A DNA stretch of 63,328 nt from an uncultured Candidatus Saccharibacteria bacterium (GTDB lineage: Bacteria > Patescibacteriota > Dojkabacteria > JAOAGR01). The stretch is from assembly GCA_964626735.1 (NCBI GenBank), contig CAZVIJ010000004.1, forward strand, positions 1-63,328. The letters run 5' to 3'. Both the position numbers and the translations under genes were made by a program. Below the pieces are notes generated by a model. It did not search any database, was not told where the DNA came from, and saw only the letters and a program-made list of their open reading frames with translations. Positions 42,330 through 52,728 of this stretch are shown here, in pieces (positions within the stretch are counted from its first letter, which is position 1; every line of letters starts with the position of its first letter).

Positions 42330-43967
42330 ATGGCAAAAATCGTTTATTTTGGAGACAAAGCAAGTAAAGGCATTCGTGTGGGAGTAGATCTCATCGCAAA
42401 TGCTGTGAAGACGACGCTCGGCCCCCGCGGCAAATATGTCGGTATCCACAAGAAATACGGATCGCAGCATATGACCAAGGACGGCGTAACGGTCGCGAAA
42501 GAAATTGAAAGCTCCGATCCGCTCATCGATTTCGCGATCAAGACAATACGCGAAGCTGCCTCAAATACGGCAGATATGGCAGGAGACGGAACGACGACCG
42601 CTACCGTTCTTGCGCAAGCGATCTATACGCATGGGCAAAAATATATCCAGGCTGAGGCAAATCCTGTCAGCATCCAGCGCGGGCTCCAGAAGGCAAGCGT
42701 AGCGGTGCTCGATGCGATTACCAAAAACGCCAAGCCTATTTCGGATAAAGATATCGAGCAGCTGGAACAAGTTGCGACCATCTCAGCAAACAACGACCCT
42801 GAGATGGGCAAGAAAATAGCTGCAGTCGTACATAAGGTAGGTAAGGAAGGTGTCGTTACCGTAGAGGAGTATCAGGGTACCGGTATCGTTATCGATTATG
42901 TCGAAGGTATCGAAATCGACCGAGGCTATATTTCTGCGTATTTCGTAACCGATTCGGAACGAATGGAATCGGTAGTGGAGAACGCATACGTTTTGATTAC
43001 CGACCAGAAAATTTCTTCGATCAAAACCATCTTGCCGCTCATCGAAAAGATGATGGAAGCGGGGAACAAGAATCTCGTTATCGTTGCTGACGATCTAGAC
43101 GGCGACGCGCTTACTAATCTGGTCGTGAACAAGCTACGAGGGGTTCTGAATATTACGGCGGTCAAGGCTCCAGGCTTTGGCGATCGTAAGAAAGAATTGC
43201 TACAGGATATCGCTGTATTGACGGGAGCTACGGTAATCTCCGAAGAGCTCGGAAGGAAGCTTGATGAGAACGTACAAATCGACGATCTCGGAAAAGTTAA
43301 GCGGTTCGTCGCTAGCAAAGACAAGTCTATCTTCGTCGAAGGCAAGGGCGAAAAGAAATCGCTTGAGGACCGGATTAACCAAATAAAGAACGCGATCAGC
43401 GCATCCACGTCTGATTACGACAAGGAAAAGCTGCAGGAGAGGCTGGCTAAGCTTACCGGCGGTGTCGCAGTCGTTAAGGTTGGAGCTCCGACTGAAGTCG
43501 AAATGAAAGAAATCAAGGACCGGCTCGACGATGCTATCCACGCTACGAAAGCTGCGCTTGACGGTGGAATCGTTGCCGGCGGTGGAGTAGCCTACATCAA
43601 TGCTATCTCGGCACTCGATTCGGTTGAGCTCGAGGACGATGAGGTGTTCGGCGTTCAGATCCTTAAGCGGGCGCTGCGAGAACCGATGCGGCATATTTTG
43701 ATCAACGCCGGCGTCGACAGTCCCGACAAGGTTATCGAGGAAAGCCTTGAGGCAGGAATGGGTATCGGCTACGATGCGCTGAAGCGTAAGGCTAGTGTCG
43801 ATATGGTTAAAGCCGGCATTATTGATCCCGCTAAGGTTGTACGCGAGGCTATAGAGAATGCCGTTTCGGTAGCATCTCAGCTTCTCGCGACGAATGTCGT
43901 CATTATCGATGAGCCTGAAAAGGAAAAGGCTGCAGCACCTGCGGGTGATGACGAAATGATGATGTAA
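42330..43967 (+). CDS. groEL: Chaperonin GroEL
   Basis: AGDGTTTATVLAQAI, VKAPGFGDRKKE and AVVKVGAPTEVEMKE. 545 aa. Confidence 0.97.
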   Translation: MAKIVYFGDKASKGIRVGVDLIANAVKTTLGPRGKYVGIHKKYGSQHMTKDGVTVAKEIESSDPLIDFAIKTIREAASNTADMAGDGTTTATVLAQAIYTHGQKYIQAEANPVSIQRGLQKASVAVLDAITKNAKPISDKDIEQLEQVATISANNDPEMGKKIAAVVHKVGKEGVVTVEEYQGTGIVIDYVEGIEIDRGYISAYFVTDSERMESVVENAYVLITDQKISSIKTILPLIEKMMEAGNKNLVIVADDLDGDALTNLVVNKLRGVLNITAVKAPGFGDRKKELLQDIAVLTGATVISEELGRKLDENVQIDDLGKVKRFVASKDKSIFVEGKGEKKSLEDRINQIKNAISASTSDYDKEKLQERLAKLTGGVAVVKVGAPTEVEMKEIKDRLDDAIHATKAALDGGIVAGGGVAYINAISALDSVELEDDEVFGVQILKRALREPMRHILINAGVDSPDKVIEESLEAGMGIGYDALKRKASVDMVKAGIIDPAKVVREAIENAVSVASQLLATNVVIIDEPEKEKAAAPAGDDEMMM

Positions 43968-44014
43968 ACAGGTAGTGGGCAGTCATATAGAGAAAAACAT
44001 TACAGTTACGGAAA

Positions 44015-44036
44015 GGAGCGGAAACGCTCCTTTTTT
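44015..44036 (+). terminator. Rho-independent terminator after groEL
   Basis: GGAGCG GAAA CGCTCC followed by TTTTTT. Confidence 0.8.
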
Positions 44037-44050
44037 GATACCATTACACC

Positions 44051-45640
44051 ATGAAGATCTATTTCACCGCGATTTGCGGTACGGGAGTGGGGAATCTGGC
44101 TATTCTTCTGAAGAATTTGGGGCACGAGGTGCGGGGCTCCGAATACTCGGAAAAGACCTACTATCCTCCCATTTCTGATCTTTTGAAGAAAAACAAGATC
44201 CCCGTCACATTGGGATTCAATCCTGACGATATAACGCCCGATCTGGACATGTTAATCATGGGTGGTGCTGCATTGATTCATGATCCGAACAACCCGCAAA
44301 TTCAGCGAGCGAAAGAACTGGGAATCAAAGTGCTGTCGTACGCTAAAGGAATCGGCGAATTCCTCGCGAAAGAAAATAATATCGAGGTTGTCGGTAACCA
44401 CGGGAAAACGACGACAACGGCCCTCACCGCATGGTGCTTGAAGGAACTTGGAGTTGACGTTTCGTACTTCATAGGAGGATCGGCGATCGGATTTGAAGAG
44501 CCTATTCACTCAGGAAAGGACAGTTGGTCTGTCTGCGAGGGAGACGAGCATCCATCGCTCGGTCAAGAGCCGGGAGGTAAATTCCTGTACCATAAGCCGA
44601 AGCACGTATTATTTACATCAGCGGATTGGGATCACAAGAACATATTTCTGACTATCGAAGATTATCTCGACGGCTTCCGTGAGCTTTTCGGTGCTATTCC
44701 GGTTGATGGTGTCATTACCGCTTGCATGACCGGAAAGAACGTGTTCGAGGTACTCAAAACAACCAAAGGCAATGCGATCAACCTGTACACCATGTCGAGC
44801 TTCAGGAAGCACGATTTCGATAAGACGAATATCTCACCCAAGAGTGTAGAAGCAGCACTCGAGAAAGAAATCGAGAAACTCAAAACGGAATTCCCTGAAG
44901 TATTCGAACGGGTTCGAGGAATCTACTTTGTCGACGAGCTTGATTACAAATGGAAGAGCGATGCTTCTCGATTTAGGGTACGGGTATACGATGCCCAAAA
45001 CGGAACGTATAAGAGTCTCGGGTACTTCGAGACGGGACTTATAGGGCAGATCGGCATTGAAAACTCGTTAGCGGCCATAGCTTGCCTTTCGAGCCTCGGT
45101 TTTGAAGGTGAAGGCCTTAAGAAAGGTATCTCTACATTCAAGGGCGTGCACCGGAAGCTGGAACTCGTATTCTCCAAAGATTACAAAGTTATCAACGACC
45201 ATGCGCATTCGCCGATCAAAATCGAATCGGCGCTGAAAGCGGTACGAACGAAATACTTCGATAACAAAATATTCGTGATATTCCACGTTAACCAATCCGG
45301 CCTTAAGGTAAAGGAAACGTTCGAGCAATTGAAATACGCGTTTAATCTCGCGAATTTCGTGCTGATACCGAGAGTCACCCCCGATATGCACAGCGAAGAT
45401 AAAATATTCGGCAAAGACTACAAGGAGCTGATCCAGGATGGTGCGAAGAAATCCACGTTCCTCAAACCGACCAACGTGTATTACACGCCGGTCGTTACGC
45501 AAATGAAGAGCGTTCTCGAAAACAATATCGCGCGCAACGACATCATTCTGATCATGAGCAGCGGAGACGCGAGCGAATTTCTGGAGGTAGCCAAGAACCT
45601 GGTGCTGAAAGTAAAAACGGCCTTCGAGTACGACATGTAG
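44051..45640 (+). CDS. Mur ligase family protein (Mpl/MurC-like UDP-N-acetylmuramate ligase)
   Basis: The N-terminus is MKIYFTAICGTGVGNLAILLKNLGHEVRGSE. VVGNHGKTTTTALTAWCL is the Mur ligase P-loop. At 529 aa it is longer than a typical Mpl. Confidence 0.75.
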   Translation: MKIYFTAICGTGVGNLAILLKNLGHEVRGSEYSEKTYYPPISDLLKKNKIPVTLGFNPDDITPDLDMLIMGGAALIHDPNNPQIQRAKELGIKVLSYAKGIGEFLAKENNIEVVGNHGKTTTTALTAWCLKELGVDVSYFIGGSAIGFEEPIHSGKDSWSVCEGDEHPSLGQEPGGKFLYHKPKHVLFTSADWDHKNIFLTIEDYLDGFRELFGAIPVDGVITACMTGKNVFEVLKTTKGNAINLYTMSSFRKHDFDKTNISPKSVEAALEKEIEKLKTEFPEVFERVRGIYFVDELDYKWKSDASRFRVRVYDAQNGTYKSLGYFETGLIGQIGIENSLAAIACLSSLGFEGEGLKKGISTFKGVHRKLELVFSKDYKVINDHAHSPIKIESALKAVRTKYFDNKIFVIFHVNQSGLKVKETFEQLKYAFNLANFVLIPRVTPDMHSEDKIFGKDYKELIQDGAKKSTFLKPTNVYYTPVVTQMKSVLENNIARNDIILIMSSGDASEFLEVAKNLVLKVKTAFEYDM

Positions 45641-45685
45641 GATATATATATTTTTAAGTTGATACTGTACTATAATGCCATAACT

Positions 45686-46795
45686 ATGGTGAGCCTCAAC
45701 TTTAGCCCTTACTTGCATGTTTTGCCCAATGTTATCTACTCGTTCATTATCGGACTTTCCGTAACCCCGTTTCTGCGCCGTTTCGGCTTGAAGCACGGTT
45801 TCAGCACCAAGCCTAAGGAAGAAACCGATCCGAACGAGCGTGGATTCGTTACCAAGCACCACCATGTTACGATGCCGAGGCTCGGCGAATTTGCGATGCT
45901 CATACCGTTAGGGCTTTTGATGTGGAGAGACCTCGATCTCAATACCCAACTTTTCGGGATTGTGGTTGCCATTTCAATGGTCGGCATACTGGGAGCCATG
46001 GACTCCAAATATAACCTTTCGGAGTTCGTCAAGCTCTACATCCTGCTTTTTTCTAGCCTAATGCTGGTATTTACCGGGACAGTCATTAATATTCATGACT
46101 TTATCGGTCATCCCCAATGGGACCTGTACATCAATAACCCGCTGACGCACGAAACCCTTTACATCTTATCCTCATTCGCCACGATCGCATGGATCTACAT
46201 CGTCTCGACGGCGTTAAGCTACGTGGGAGGCATAGACGGTTTGTCTGAAGGCACGAGCGCGATCGCCATCCTCATCCTTACGCTGATCGGTATACGCAAC
46301 GGCGATATCATCACGATCACTATCGGTACGCTCTGTATCGGCGGTCTATTGGGGCTTCTTCCGTACAATTTCCACCCTGCGGTGATTTATTCCGAGCATT
46401 TGATATACGGCTTTATCATCGCTATTCTTGCCATCATTTCGAAAGGCAAGGTCTCGACTGCCATCCTTATTCTCGCTATCCCGCTGATCGACTTCATCTG
46501 GGTATCTGCCAGGAGAACGAGGAGATTCCTGAAGGAGAAACCGAAGGGAGTTCAGTTGCGGCTTTGGCTCCATTATCTCGGGACGGGGGATAGAACGCAT
46601 TTCCACCATAAGCTTATGGATTTGGGAATGAATCCCGTGCAAATCTCACTTACGCAGTACATCATGTACTCGCTGGTAGGACTACTCGCGATTGCTGTAT
46701 CAGGATTGTACTTAACTTTTGCAATACTTAGCAGTGTTGTTTTAATTGTGCTAATATTGTACTATATTAACAAGAAATTAAGCCATGAACCTTGA
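45686..46795 (+). CDS. MraY/WecA-family polyprenyl-phosphate sugar-1-phosphate transferase (divergent)
   Basis: Multi-TM protein with GGIDGLSEGTSAI (DGxDGL-like) and THFHHKLMDLG. The start at ATG 45686 is supported by TATAAT at 45671-45676. Confidence 0.65.
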   Translation: MVSLNFSPYLHVLPNVIYSFIIGLSVTPFLRRFGLKHGFSTKPKEETDPNERGFVTKHHHVTMPRLGEFAMLIPLGLLMWRDLDLNTQLFGIVVAISMVGILGAMDSKYNLSEFVKLYILLFSSLMLVFTGTVINIHDFIGHPQWDLYINNPLTHETLYILSSFATIAWIYIVSTALSYVGGIDGLSEGTSAIAILILTLIGIRNGDIITITIGTLCIGGLLGLLPYNFHPAVIYSEHLIYGFIIAILAIISKGKVSTAILILAIPLIDFIWVSARRTRRFLKEKPKGVQLRLWLHYLGTGDRTHFHHKLMDLGMNPVQISLTQYIMYSLVGLLAIAVSGLYLTFAILSSVVLIVLILYYINKKLSHEP

Positions 46796-47198
46796 TAATG
46801 ATAACAATCTAAATAACGATTTCATGAGCACTAACGGCATGTCCGGCGATGAACCGCTTGACGGCAAGATTAAGGAAATGATTTCCAAAAGTTGGGGAAA
46901 CTACTGTTCGTCATGTGGCGCAAAAAAGGACGCCGGCAAACTCAAGATTTTCAAAAAAGTCGGTCCCGCGACCCAAATCCTCTCCGAGTGCGAAGAATGC
47001 GGCTTGAAAACGCTTATCACCGTTATCCCGAATATCGGCATGCAGATTAACCAAATTCGTACCGATATCGTAGACCCGCAGGAGTTCGAACGATTCAACG
47101 GACCGGTTACCACGAACGACTACCTCAACTTCTACAATAGCACCAAGGACATTAGGACTGCATCAGATTTGATTAATGCAATCAATAATGTAAAATAA
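46785..47198 (+). CDS. Hypothetical protein with a zinc-ribbon-like CxxC...CxxC motif
   Basis: CSSCGAKKD ... CEECGLKT. 137 aa. It overlaps the upstream gene by 11 nt. Confidence 0.5.
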   Translation: MNLDNDNNLNNDFMSTNGMSGDEPLDGKIKEMISKSWGNYCSSCGAKKDAGKLKIFKKVGPATQILSECEECGLKTLITVIPNIGMQINQIRTDIVDPQEFERFNGPVTTNDYLNFYNSTKDIRTASDLINAINNVK

Positions 47199-47202
47199 TC
47201 CT

Positions 47203-47553
47203 ATGTCAAAAAGTGGTGGAAAAGCATCAAGTTTCTTAGTAGGAGCAGCAATCGGATCAGTTATTGCTCTCATGCTCGCACCTTTCTCAGGCAAAAAAAT
47301 GAGAAGGCTTACCGTTCAAAAATCGAAAAAACTTATCGACGACGCTAAGACTAAGTACAACTCCATTGAGGAAGATGCATCAGAAAAAATCTCCGATGTT
47401 AAAGCAAAAGGTATGAAAGTTTGGGACAAAACCAAAGAAGGTACCAACGAAGTAAAAGATACCGTTAAAAGCAAGGTTGGCGAAATCAAGGATGTATTGA
47501 GCAAGCCTGAGGCAAAATCAGATACCGTTGATAAGCCTGTTGCAGGAAAGTAA
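47203..47553 (+). CDS. YtxH-like small protein
   Basis: GAAIGSVIALMLAPFSGKKMRR followed by a Lys/Asp-rich helical tail. Confidence 0.6.
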   Translation: MSKSGGKASSFLVGAAIGSVIALMLAPFSGKKMRRLTVQKSKKLIDDAKTKYNSIEEDASEKISDVKAKGMKVWDKTKEGTNEVKDTVKSKVGEIKDVLSKPEAKSDTVDKPVAGK

Positions 47554-47573
47554 GTAATCGAAATTTTTTGAGG

Positions 47574-47598
47574 GGCCGCAGCAATGCGGTCTTTTTTT
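47574..47598. terminator. Intrinsic terminator between convergent genes
   Basis: GGCCGCA GCAA TGCGGTC (with one G-T pair) followed by TTTTTTT. It overlaps the rsmA stop. Confidence 0.6.
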
Positions 47599-48463
47599 AT
47601 GCCGTTCGCGTTATGAGGAATAGTTCCCTCCACTGTTCCAACGCTATCTCGCTCGGCCTCATTGTCGGACGTATACCAGCCTGCTCAAGATGCTCGTTCG
47701 TTACGTTGAGCGACTTGAGGTTGTTGTAAATTGTTTTTCGCGGCTGCGTAAAGCCGGCCTTGATAAACTTCCCGAGCGCAGCACGATCGATATCGTTGTG
47801 CTCAAGTTCGCGGCTTAGGTGTATAACGCCTGTCTTTACCGCGGGCTTGGGCATGAAATGCTCGGGTGGAATACCGAATGCAAACGATACGTTGGCGTAT
47901 ATGCGGATATAGGTCCCTAAGAACTCGGCAGTCGGCGGAACCGAGACATATGCGTCGGCAACTTCCCGCTGTAGGAAAAACGAAGCTTCCTGCCACAATA
48001 GATCAGACGTGATAACGTTTTGGATTATCTTCTTCGAAACATTATAAGGAAGGGATCCGATCACTTTCAGGTTTTGAGGCGATAAGCCAGGATTCTCTTG
48101 GAATATTCTCTTGTTCAGCTCGGAAAAGTTGAGTTGCGATGCATCGCCCCATATGATTTCGTAATTATCGAAGTTTTCCAAGACTTTTTTAAGCGCCGGT
48201 TCCTTATTCCGATCAATTTCGATGAGGTACACTTTCTTCGCGCGTTCGCATAACGTATAGGTTACCACGCCAACACCCGGTCCGATCTCGATTACGACAT
48301 CGTGTTCAGTCACGTGAATCGAATCGATAAACTTCAACAGCGAGTTTTGGTTTATGAGAAAGTTCTGCCCAAGACTTTTGGTCGTCCCGCCACCCAACTG
48401 CATAGCCAACGTACGAATAATATTTATGTTCGCAAGCGTTTTTTGTTCGAATTGGTCGTTCAT
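47597..48463 (-). CDS. rsmA: 16S rRNA (adenine1518/1519-N6)-dimethyltransferase RsmA/KsgA
   Basis: KSLGQNFLIN, VIEIGPGVGVVT and GSLPYNVS. Confidence 0.92.
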   Translation of the reverse strand: MNDQFEQKTLANINIIRTLAMQLGGGTTKSLGQNFLINQNSLLKFIDSIHVTEHDVVIEIGPGVGVVTYTLCERAKKVYLIEIDRNKEPALKKVLENFDNYEIIWGDASQLNFSELNKRIFQENPGLSPQNLKVIGSLPYNVSKKIIQNVITSDLLWQEASFFLQREVADAYVSVPPTAEFLGTYIRIYANVSFAFGIPPEHFMPKPAVKTGVIHLSRELEHNDIDRAALGKFIKAGFTQPRKTIYNNLKSLNVTNEHLEQAGIRPTMRPSEIALEQWRELFLITRTA

Positions 48464-49722
48464 TATGCCTGTTGCAAATCGAGCGGTTCGTTCTCGATCG
48501 AATCGTATAAGGGCGTCTTATCCAAGAATGCCTCGATTAATCCTGCACCGATCGTCATGACGAAGAAGGCGATGCTTGAGATCAAGAATGCTCTCAAGAC
48601 GGAATCGAAGTCTTTAGCGAATAGTATGAACGTGAAAAACTGTACGCCGCTGGCTACGATGGGAATAATCGTGAACATTTTTCTCTTGAGGGTAAATAGC
48701 CAGTTCGCAACGAGATACGACGTCGACATCAGGGTTGTCGCAATCAGGAACAAAACGATTTTGGTGTCGGTAACGTGGACGAAATTCGCCTTGAGTATCG
48801 AAAGCAGGATGCCCTTAAACAAGAGGAAGAAAATGCTTGACCCAACACCGATTAATAAACCCGTGAATACGGTGAAACCGAAAACGAACTTTTTCGAGTG
48901 GCGGTTCTTGCCTCCTATTGAAAGTGCGATTGAAGATACCGTGAAAATGCCGAAAAAAATTATCTTCCTGAAGAACTGCAGCGTATTGAATTCCGTTTGC
49001 TGCTGGTTGTTTTCCATAAGAAGATAGTTGGAATAGATGATGTCGAAGTTGGAGAAAAATTCGAGGCCTGCCGTCATTACTAATGTGCTCAAGAAAATAT
49101 CCAAGAGCCTAACTTTGCTGTTGGAAGGCACGGTGCGGTTGACATGGCTTGGGCTGAAGCAGACGAGCAAGCTTCCGACAAGTCCAAGAATATGGCCGTA
49201 GAGAATACCGTTAATTCCCATCTTGAAGACGACCGCGAAGATAAACCCAAGAATAAGCCGTCCCACTGCTTCCGTATTGATAGATATCACGGCACGACGG
49301 TAGTCTTCCTCATTTTGCCGGATACCTCGGAATACGTTGCTTACGAGCCCTACGATCATCAGCAAAATAAGTATGGCCGATGTGTAGGTATTGCCATTTT
49401 CCGTTATCCCCGTCAGTTTCCAGTTAAGGGGAATCAAAGCCAAAGCGAAAACGATAAGGAGGGAATAAATGAGATTTCTCCTCCGCGCATAGAGATCCTG
49501 GATATTGGAGATGATGGGGCTTCCGAAAACCGTAAAGACGCGCATCGTGACATTCGAGGGGATCAGCAGTATCAAAGAAACGCTGGTATAGGCGGTGTAC
49601 AGGTTGAAAAGATTGTTGTCTATGCGGAGCAATACGACATTAAGCACGTAATTGAGTCCGTTCGCGATATTGCCTCCGATAAACATGAGGAGGTTATCTT
49701 TGATCAGTTGTTTCTTGGACAT
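48463..49722 (-). CDS. Polysaccharide or lipid-linked oligosaccharide flippase-like (Wzx/MurJ superfamily) membrane protein
   Basis: 419 aa with about 12 predicted TM segments. The N-terminus LLMFIGGNIANGLNYVLNVVLLRI is typical of MOP flippases. Its stop overlaps the rsmA start (TAATG). Confidence 0.5.
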   Translation of the reverse strand: MSKKQLIKDNLLMFIGGNIANGLNYVLNVVLLRIDNNLFNLYTAYTSVSLILLIPSNVTMRVFTVFGSPIISNIQDLYARRRNLIYSLLIVFALALIPLNWKLTGITENGNTYTSAILILLMIVGLVSNVFRGIRQNEEDYRRAVISINTEAVGRLILGFIFAVVFKMGINGILYGHILGLVGSLLVCFSPSHVNRTVPSNSKVRLLDIFLSTLVMTAGLEFFSNFDIIYSNYLLMENNQQQTEFNTLQFFRKIIFFGIFTVSSIALSIGGKNRHSKKFVFGFTVFTGLLIGVGSSIFFLLFKGILLSILKANFVHVTDTKIVLFLIATTLMSTSYLVANWLFTLKRKMFTIIPIVASGVQFFTFILFAKDFDSVLRAFLISSIAFFVMTIGAGLIEAFLDKTPLYDSIENEPLDLQQA

Positions 49723-49757
49723 TTGGGTGATTATACAGCTATCCGATGAAATTTATA

Positions 49758-50195
49758 TTATTCATCGTCTTTGTCTTTCGATTTAACCTTAGCGGACTTC
49801 TGGGTATACGAGACGATCGAGTTAAGGAGAGAGATGAACGCCGAAGATACGATTATTACGCCGATATTCGTGAGCTTGATGGTCGGTATCACGATCGAGC
49901 CGGTGTCGAAGGGGCCGATGTGACCGGATGTAATGATGAATCCGGGGAACAGCATATTGAAGACGTAGATATAGAGGCAGGAGAGAGCGAAATTGAAGAC
50001 AGCAAACGACATGTTGTTGGTCGGGAATGTGAGGAATTTGATGACGGGTGTAAGGGCGATATTCGTGATCGAGAGCAGTAGCGCAAAGATAGCTACCGTG
50101 TACCAGATTTTAAATTCGAAACCGGTAACGAAGCTGTCGACCAGGAAAAGGATCCCGACATACGTAAAAAACCGCAGAATTATCTTCTTGATCAC
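49758..50195 (-). CDS. YvlD / phage-holin-4_2-family-like four-TM membrane protein
   Basis: 145 aa with four hydrophobic segments. ALLLSITNIALTPVIKFLTFP resembles that family, as I recall it. Confidence 0.45.
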   Translation of the reverse strand: MIKKIILRFFTYVGILFLVDSFVTGFEFKIWYTVAIFALLLSITNIALTPVIKFLTFPTNNMSFAVFNFALSCLYIYVFNMLFPGFIITSGHIGPFDTGSIVIPTIKLTNIGVIIVSSAFISLLNSIVSYTQKSAKVKSKDKDDE

Positions 50196-50289
50196 ACATC
50201 ATATTTGCACAATTCCGGTCAATTCTCAATTGAAATCGCGGTATTTTACAATTCACGCTCATACTTGTATCCTGGATTGTTCGCATCTG

Positions 50290-50916
50290 ATGGTAAACCA
50301 GACACAAACGCAAAAGCCCTTCAATCTCCTGTATAAGTTCGAACCGCAAAAGTCATCGATCGACAAGCTGTACGATTTTGTCACGAAAGAGGGGAGATAC
50401 ATTGTTGTCATGGTTATGTTCGTTATAATCGTCGCCTTCATTTACCGTTTCCCGCTCGATCGCAAGCTTAACGATGAGATCAACCGATCGACTCGGAACC
50501 TTCGAGAAATCAAATTCTATTCGGAATCCGGCGAGAAGACATTCAAGGATATTCTGCAGCGAACCCAAGGCGTCAAGAATTTCCTTGATATTTACCCTGA
50601 TACGCTCGACATCCACAGCAAGACACCCGGTCAAATCAAATCGAACGAAATATTGCGGAAAGTGAAGGAAATCTCGGATTCATACAAGAACGACATCGTC
50701 ATTACGGATTATTTGTATACGGCAGACCCAATTAAAGGCAGCTCGCTCCATTTAACCGGCGCAACTTCTACGTTCACGAAAGTCGAGGAGTTTAGGGATA
50801 AAATTAGGACAAACTCCGAATTGGTAAACGAGGTTTATGTTACCAACCTCGGCTCGACCAAATCGGGGACGCCGAAATTCGCACTCGATATAAAGATAAA
50901 AGACTCGATCCAATAA
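50290..50916 (+). CDS. Bitopic membrane protein, PilN-like
   Basis: The start is taken at the internal ATG 50290, because the upstream part of ORF 49993 is antisense to the preceding gene. N-terminal FNLLY resembles the PilN INLLP motif. One TM segment is followed by a coiled coil and a C-terminal domain. Confidence 0.4.
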   Translation: MVNQTQTQKPFNLLYKFEPQKSSIDKLYDFVTKEGRYIVVMVMFVIIVAFIYRFPLDRKLNDEINRSTRNLREIKFYSESGEKTFKDILQRTQGVKNFLDIYPDTLDIHSKTPGQIKSNEILRKVKEISDSYKNDIVITDYLYTADPIKGSSLHLTGATSTFTKVEEFRDKIRTNSELVNEVYVTNLGSTKSGTPKFALDIKIKDSIQ

Positions 50917-50917
50917 T

Positions 50918-51640
50918 ATGGCAGCAGAAAAAGGGATTAAACATTCAACCGTAAATGTGTACGATTTTTTCTTCTCGAACAAGACGAGAAGGACATACAC
51001 CAACCTTGCTGTAAGCCTTGGGCTCATCATAGTCTTCTTGGTTTTCGCGCTTCGTCCAACGATTCTTACTGTCGGCACGATAAAGGAGAAAATAAAGGAA
51101 TACGAGCAGTACAACGAGAAAGTAGAGGCCAAGATTGCCGCTAGCCAAAAGCTACAGCAGCAGTTGACCCAGACAGGATCCGAAAGCCCCGATGGATTGA
51201 AAGACGAAATTGACTTGATGAATCGAGTTTTCCAAAGCGAGTACGGCGTAAAGGTTTTGTACGAGAATTTCAAGAAACGGGCTGACGACTATCGGCTTGT
51301 CCTTAAATCGTTGGCTCCTAAATATACGACAAACTATAATGCTACCTCGCCCGATTACGACTACTCGCAAATCACGCCGTCAGGGCTCAATTACGAATTG
51401 AATATCAGCGTCGAGGGGAAGTCGCAGGATGATGTATTGAGCTTCATCAACTCGCTTGAAGGAGCATCGAATTTCCCAATCGTTTCCCGAGTGAAGGCAA
51501 TTTCGATTACGGATAATGCGGCAGGATCGAAGCTCGTACCCATCGATGCGACTACCGACCCGTTGCCGCAGAATATCATGGCAAGCGTCTCAATGACCAT
51601 TTATCTCGATCAGACGATCGCTAAGCCGCTAACCCAATAA
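50918..51640 (+). CDS. Bitopic membrane protein, PilO-like
   Basis: It starts 2 nt after the previous stop. The TM segment LAVSLGLIIVFLVFAL is followed by a coiled coil (KEKIKEYEQYNEKVEAKIAASQKLQQQL). Confidence 0.35.
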   Translation: MAAEKGIKHSTVNVYDFFFSNKTRRTYTNLAVSLGLIIVFLVFALRPTILTVGTIKEKIKEYEQYNEKVEAKIAASQKLQQQLTQTGSESPDGLKDEIDLMNRVFQSEYGVKVLYENFKKRADDYRLVLKSLAPKYTTNYNATSPDYDYSQITPSGLNYELNISVEGKSQDDVLSFINSLEGASNFPIVSRVKAISITDNAAGSKLVPIDATTDPLPQNIMASVSMTIYLDQTIAKPLTQ

Positions 51641-51667
51641 AATCAAGGTTTTCTGGTAAAATATAGT

Positions 51668-52723
51668 ATGTTCGGAATGAAAAAGGACATTAGCGTTAAT
51701 GTCCAGTTTTCCACTAATCAAATTCTCAAGTTGTTGATTATCTTAAGCTTTTGCTTTCTCGCTATTAAGCTGCATCGGGTAATTATACTGCTATTCTTCT
51801 CGTTTATCCTTATGGCTTCCACCAAGCCTGCTGCGGTTTTCTTGCATAAAAAGCTTAAAATTCCCGAGGCCGTTTCGATATCCATCGTGTACATATCTGT
51901 TTTGCTCATTCTTTTCTTTGTCGTCTATTTCGTGAGCAAGCCGTTTGCGGCAGAGCTCAACCGGCTATCCGAAAATGCACCGATGATTTTGGAAGATTTG
52001 GTGAAGCGGTTCCCGTTCTTGTCGGATAAAGTAAGCGGCAAATCGGTAAGCGATATTACGAGAAACCTTTTCTCGAATGTCTCACGTGAAGTGAGCAGCG
52101 TCGGCCAGGCGGCGTCGAATGCGCTTGATTTCACCTTGGGCGCATTCCATGCGATTATTGAGGTTATCTCAACCATTATCATCTCAATTTACTTATTTCT
52201 TGACCGCGATAAGATACTCAGATTTTTTATCGCCGTCTTCAAATTGGATGAAGATAAGTTTTTTTCGGCATACGACAAAATTGAAACCCAGCTCGGCGCT
52301 TGGGTACGGGGGCAGCTGCTTTTGGGTTTTATCGTGGGCTTGGCAACATGGGTTGGCCTGACGATATTGCGGGTAAAGTTCGCACTTCCTCTTGCGGTGC
52401 TTGCTGGTATTTTCGAAATTATTCCCATAATTGGTCCGATTCTTTCCGCTATCCCGGTGACTGTTTTCGGATTCAGCGTCAATCCGCTTACCGGATTGCT
52501 GAGTTTGGGGCTTGCCGTGTTAATCCAACAGCTCGAAAACCATATCCTCGTTCCGACCGTGATGAAGCGGGCAGTCGGGTTATCCCCGGTCGTGACGCTC
52601 GTATCTATATTGATAGGCTCGACCCTGCTGGGAATCGCCGGTTCTATCATAGCCGTTCCGATGGCTGCTATGATTTCAGTATTGTTAGGTATATATTTGG
52701 AGGAAAAAGATATTTCCATTTAA
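51668..52723 (+). CDS. AI-2E family transporter (PerM/UPF0118)
   Basis: LGAWVRGQLLLGFIVGLATWVGLTILRVKFALPLAVLAGIFEIIPIIGPILSAIP is typical of this family. Confidence 0.75.
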   Translation: MFGMKKDISVNVQFSTNQILKLLIILSFCFLAIKLHRVIILLFFSFILMASTKPAAVFLHKKLKIPEAVSISIVYISVLLILFFVVYFVSKPFAAELNRLSENAPMILEDLVKRFPFLSDKVSGKSVSDITRNLFSNVSREVSSVGQAASNALDFTLGAFHAIIEVISTIIISIYLFLDRDKILRFFIAVFKLDEDKFFSAYDKIETQLGAWVRGQLLLGFIVGLATWVGLTILRVKFALPLAVLAGIFEIIPIIGPILSAIPVTVFGFSVNPLTGLLSLGLAVLIQQLENHILVPTVMKRAVGLSPVVTLVSILIGSTLLGIAGSIIAVPMAAMISVLLGIYLEEKDISI

Positions 52724-52728
52724 TAACG

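Noticed and set aside
49993-50289. N-terminal 99 codons of ORF 49993-50916
   Set aside because: This part is antisense to the four-TM gene 49758-50195 and crosses the divergent promoter region. The internal ATG at 50290 gives a sensible bitopic protein, so the extension was dropped.
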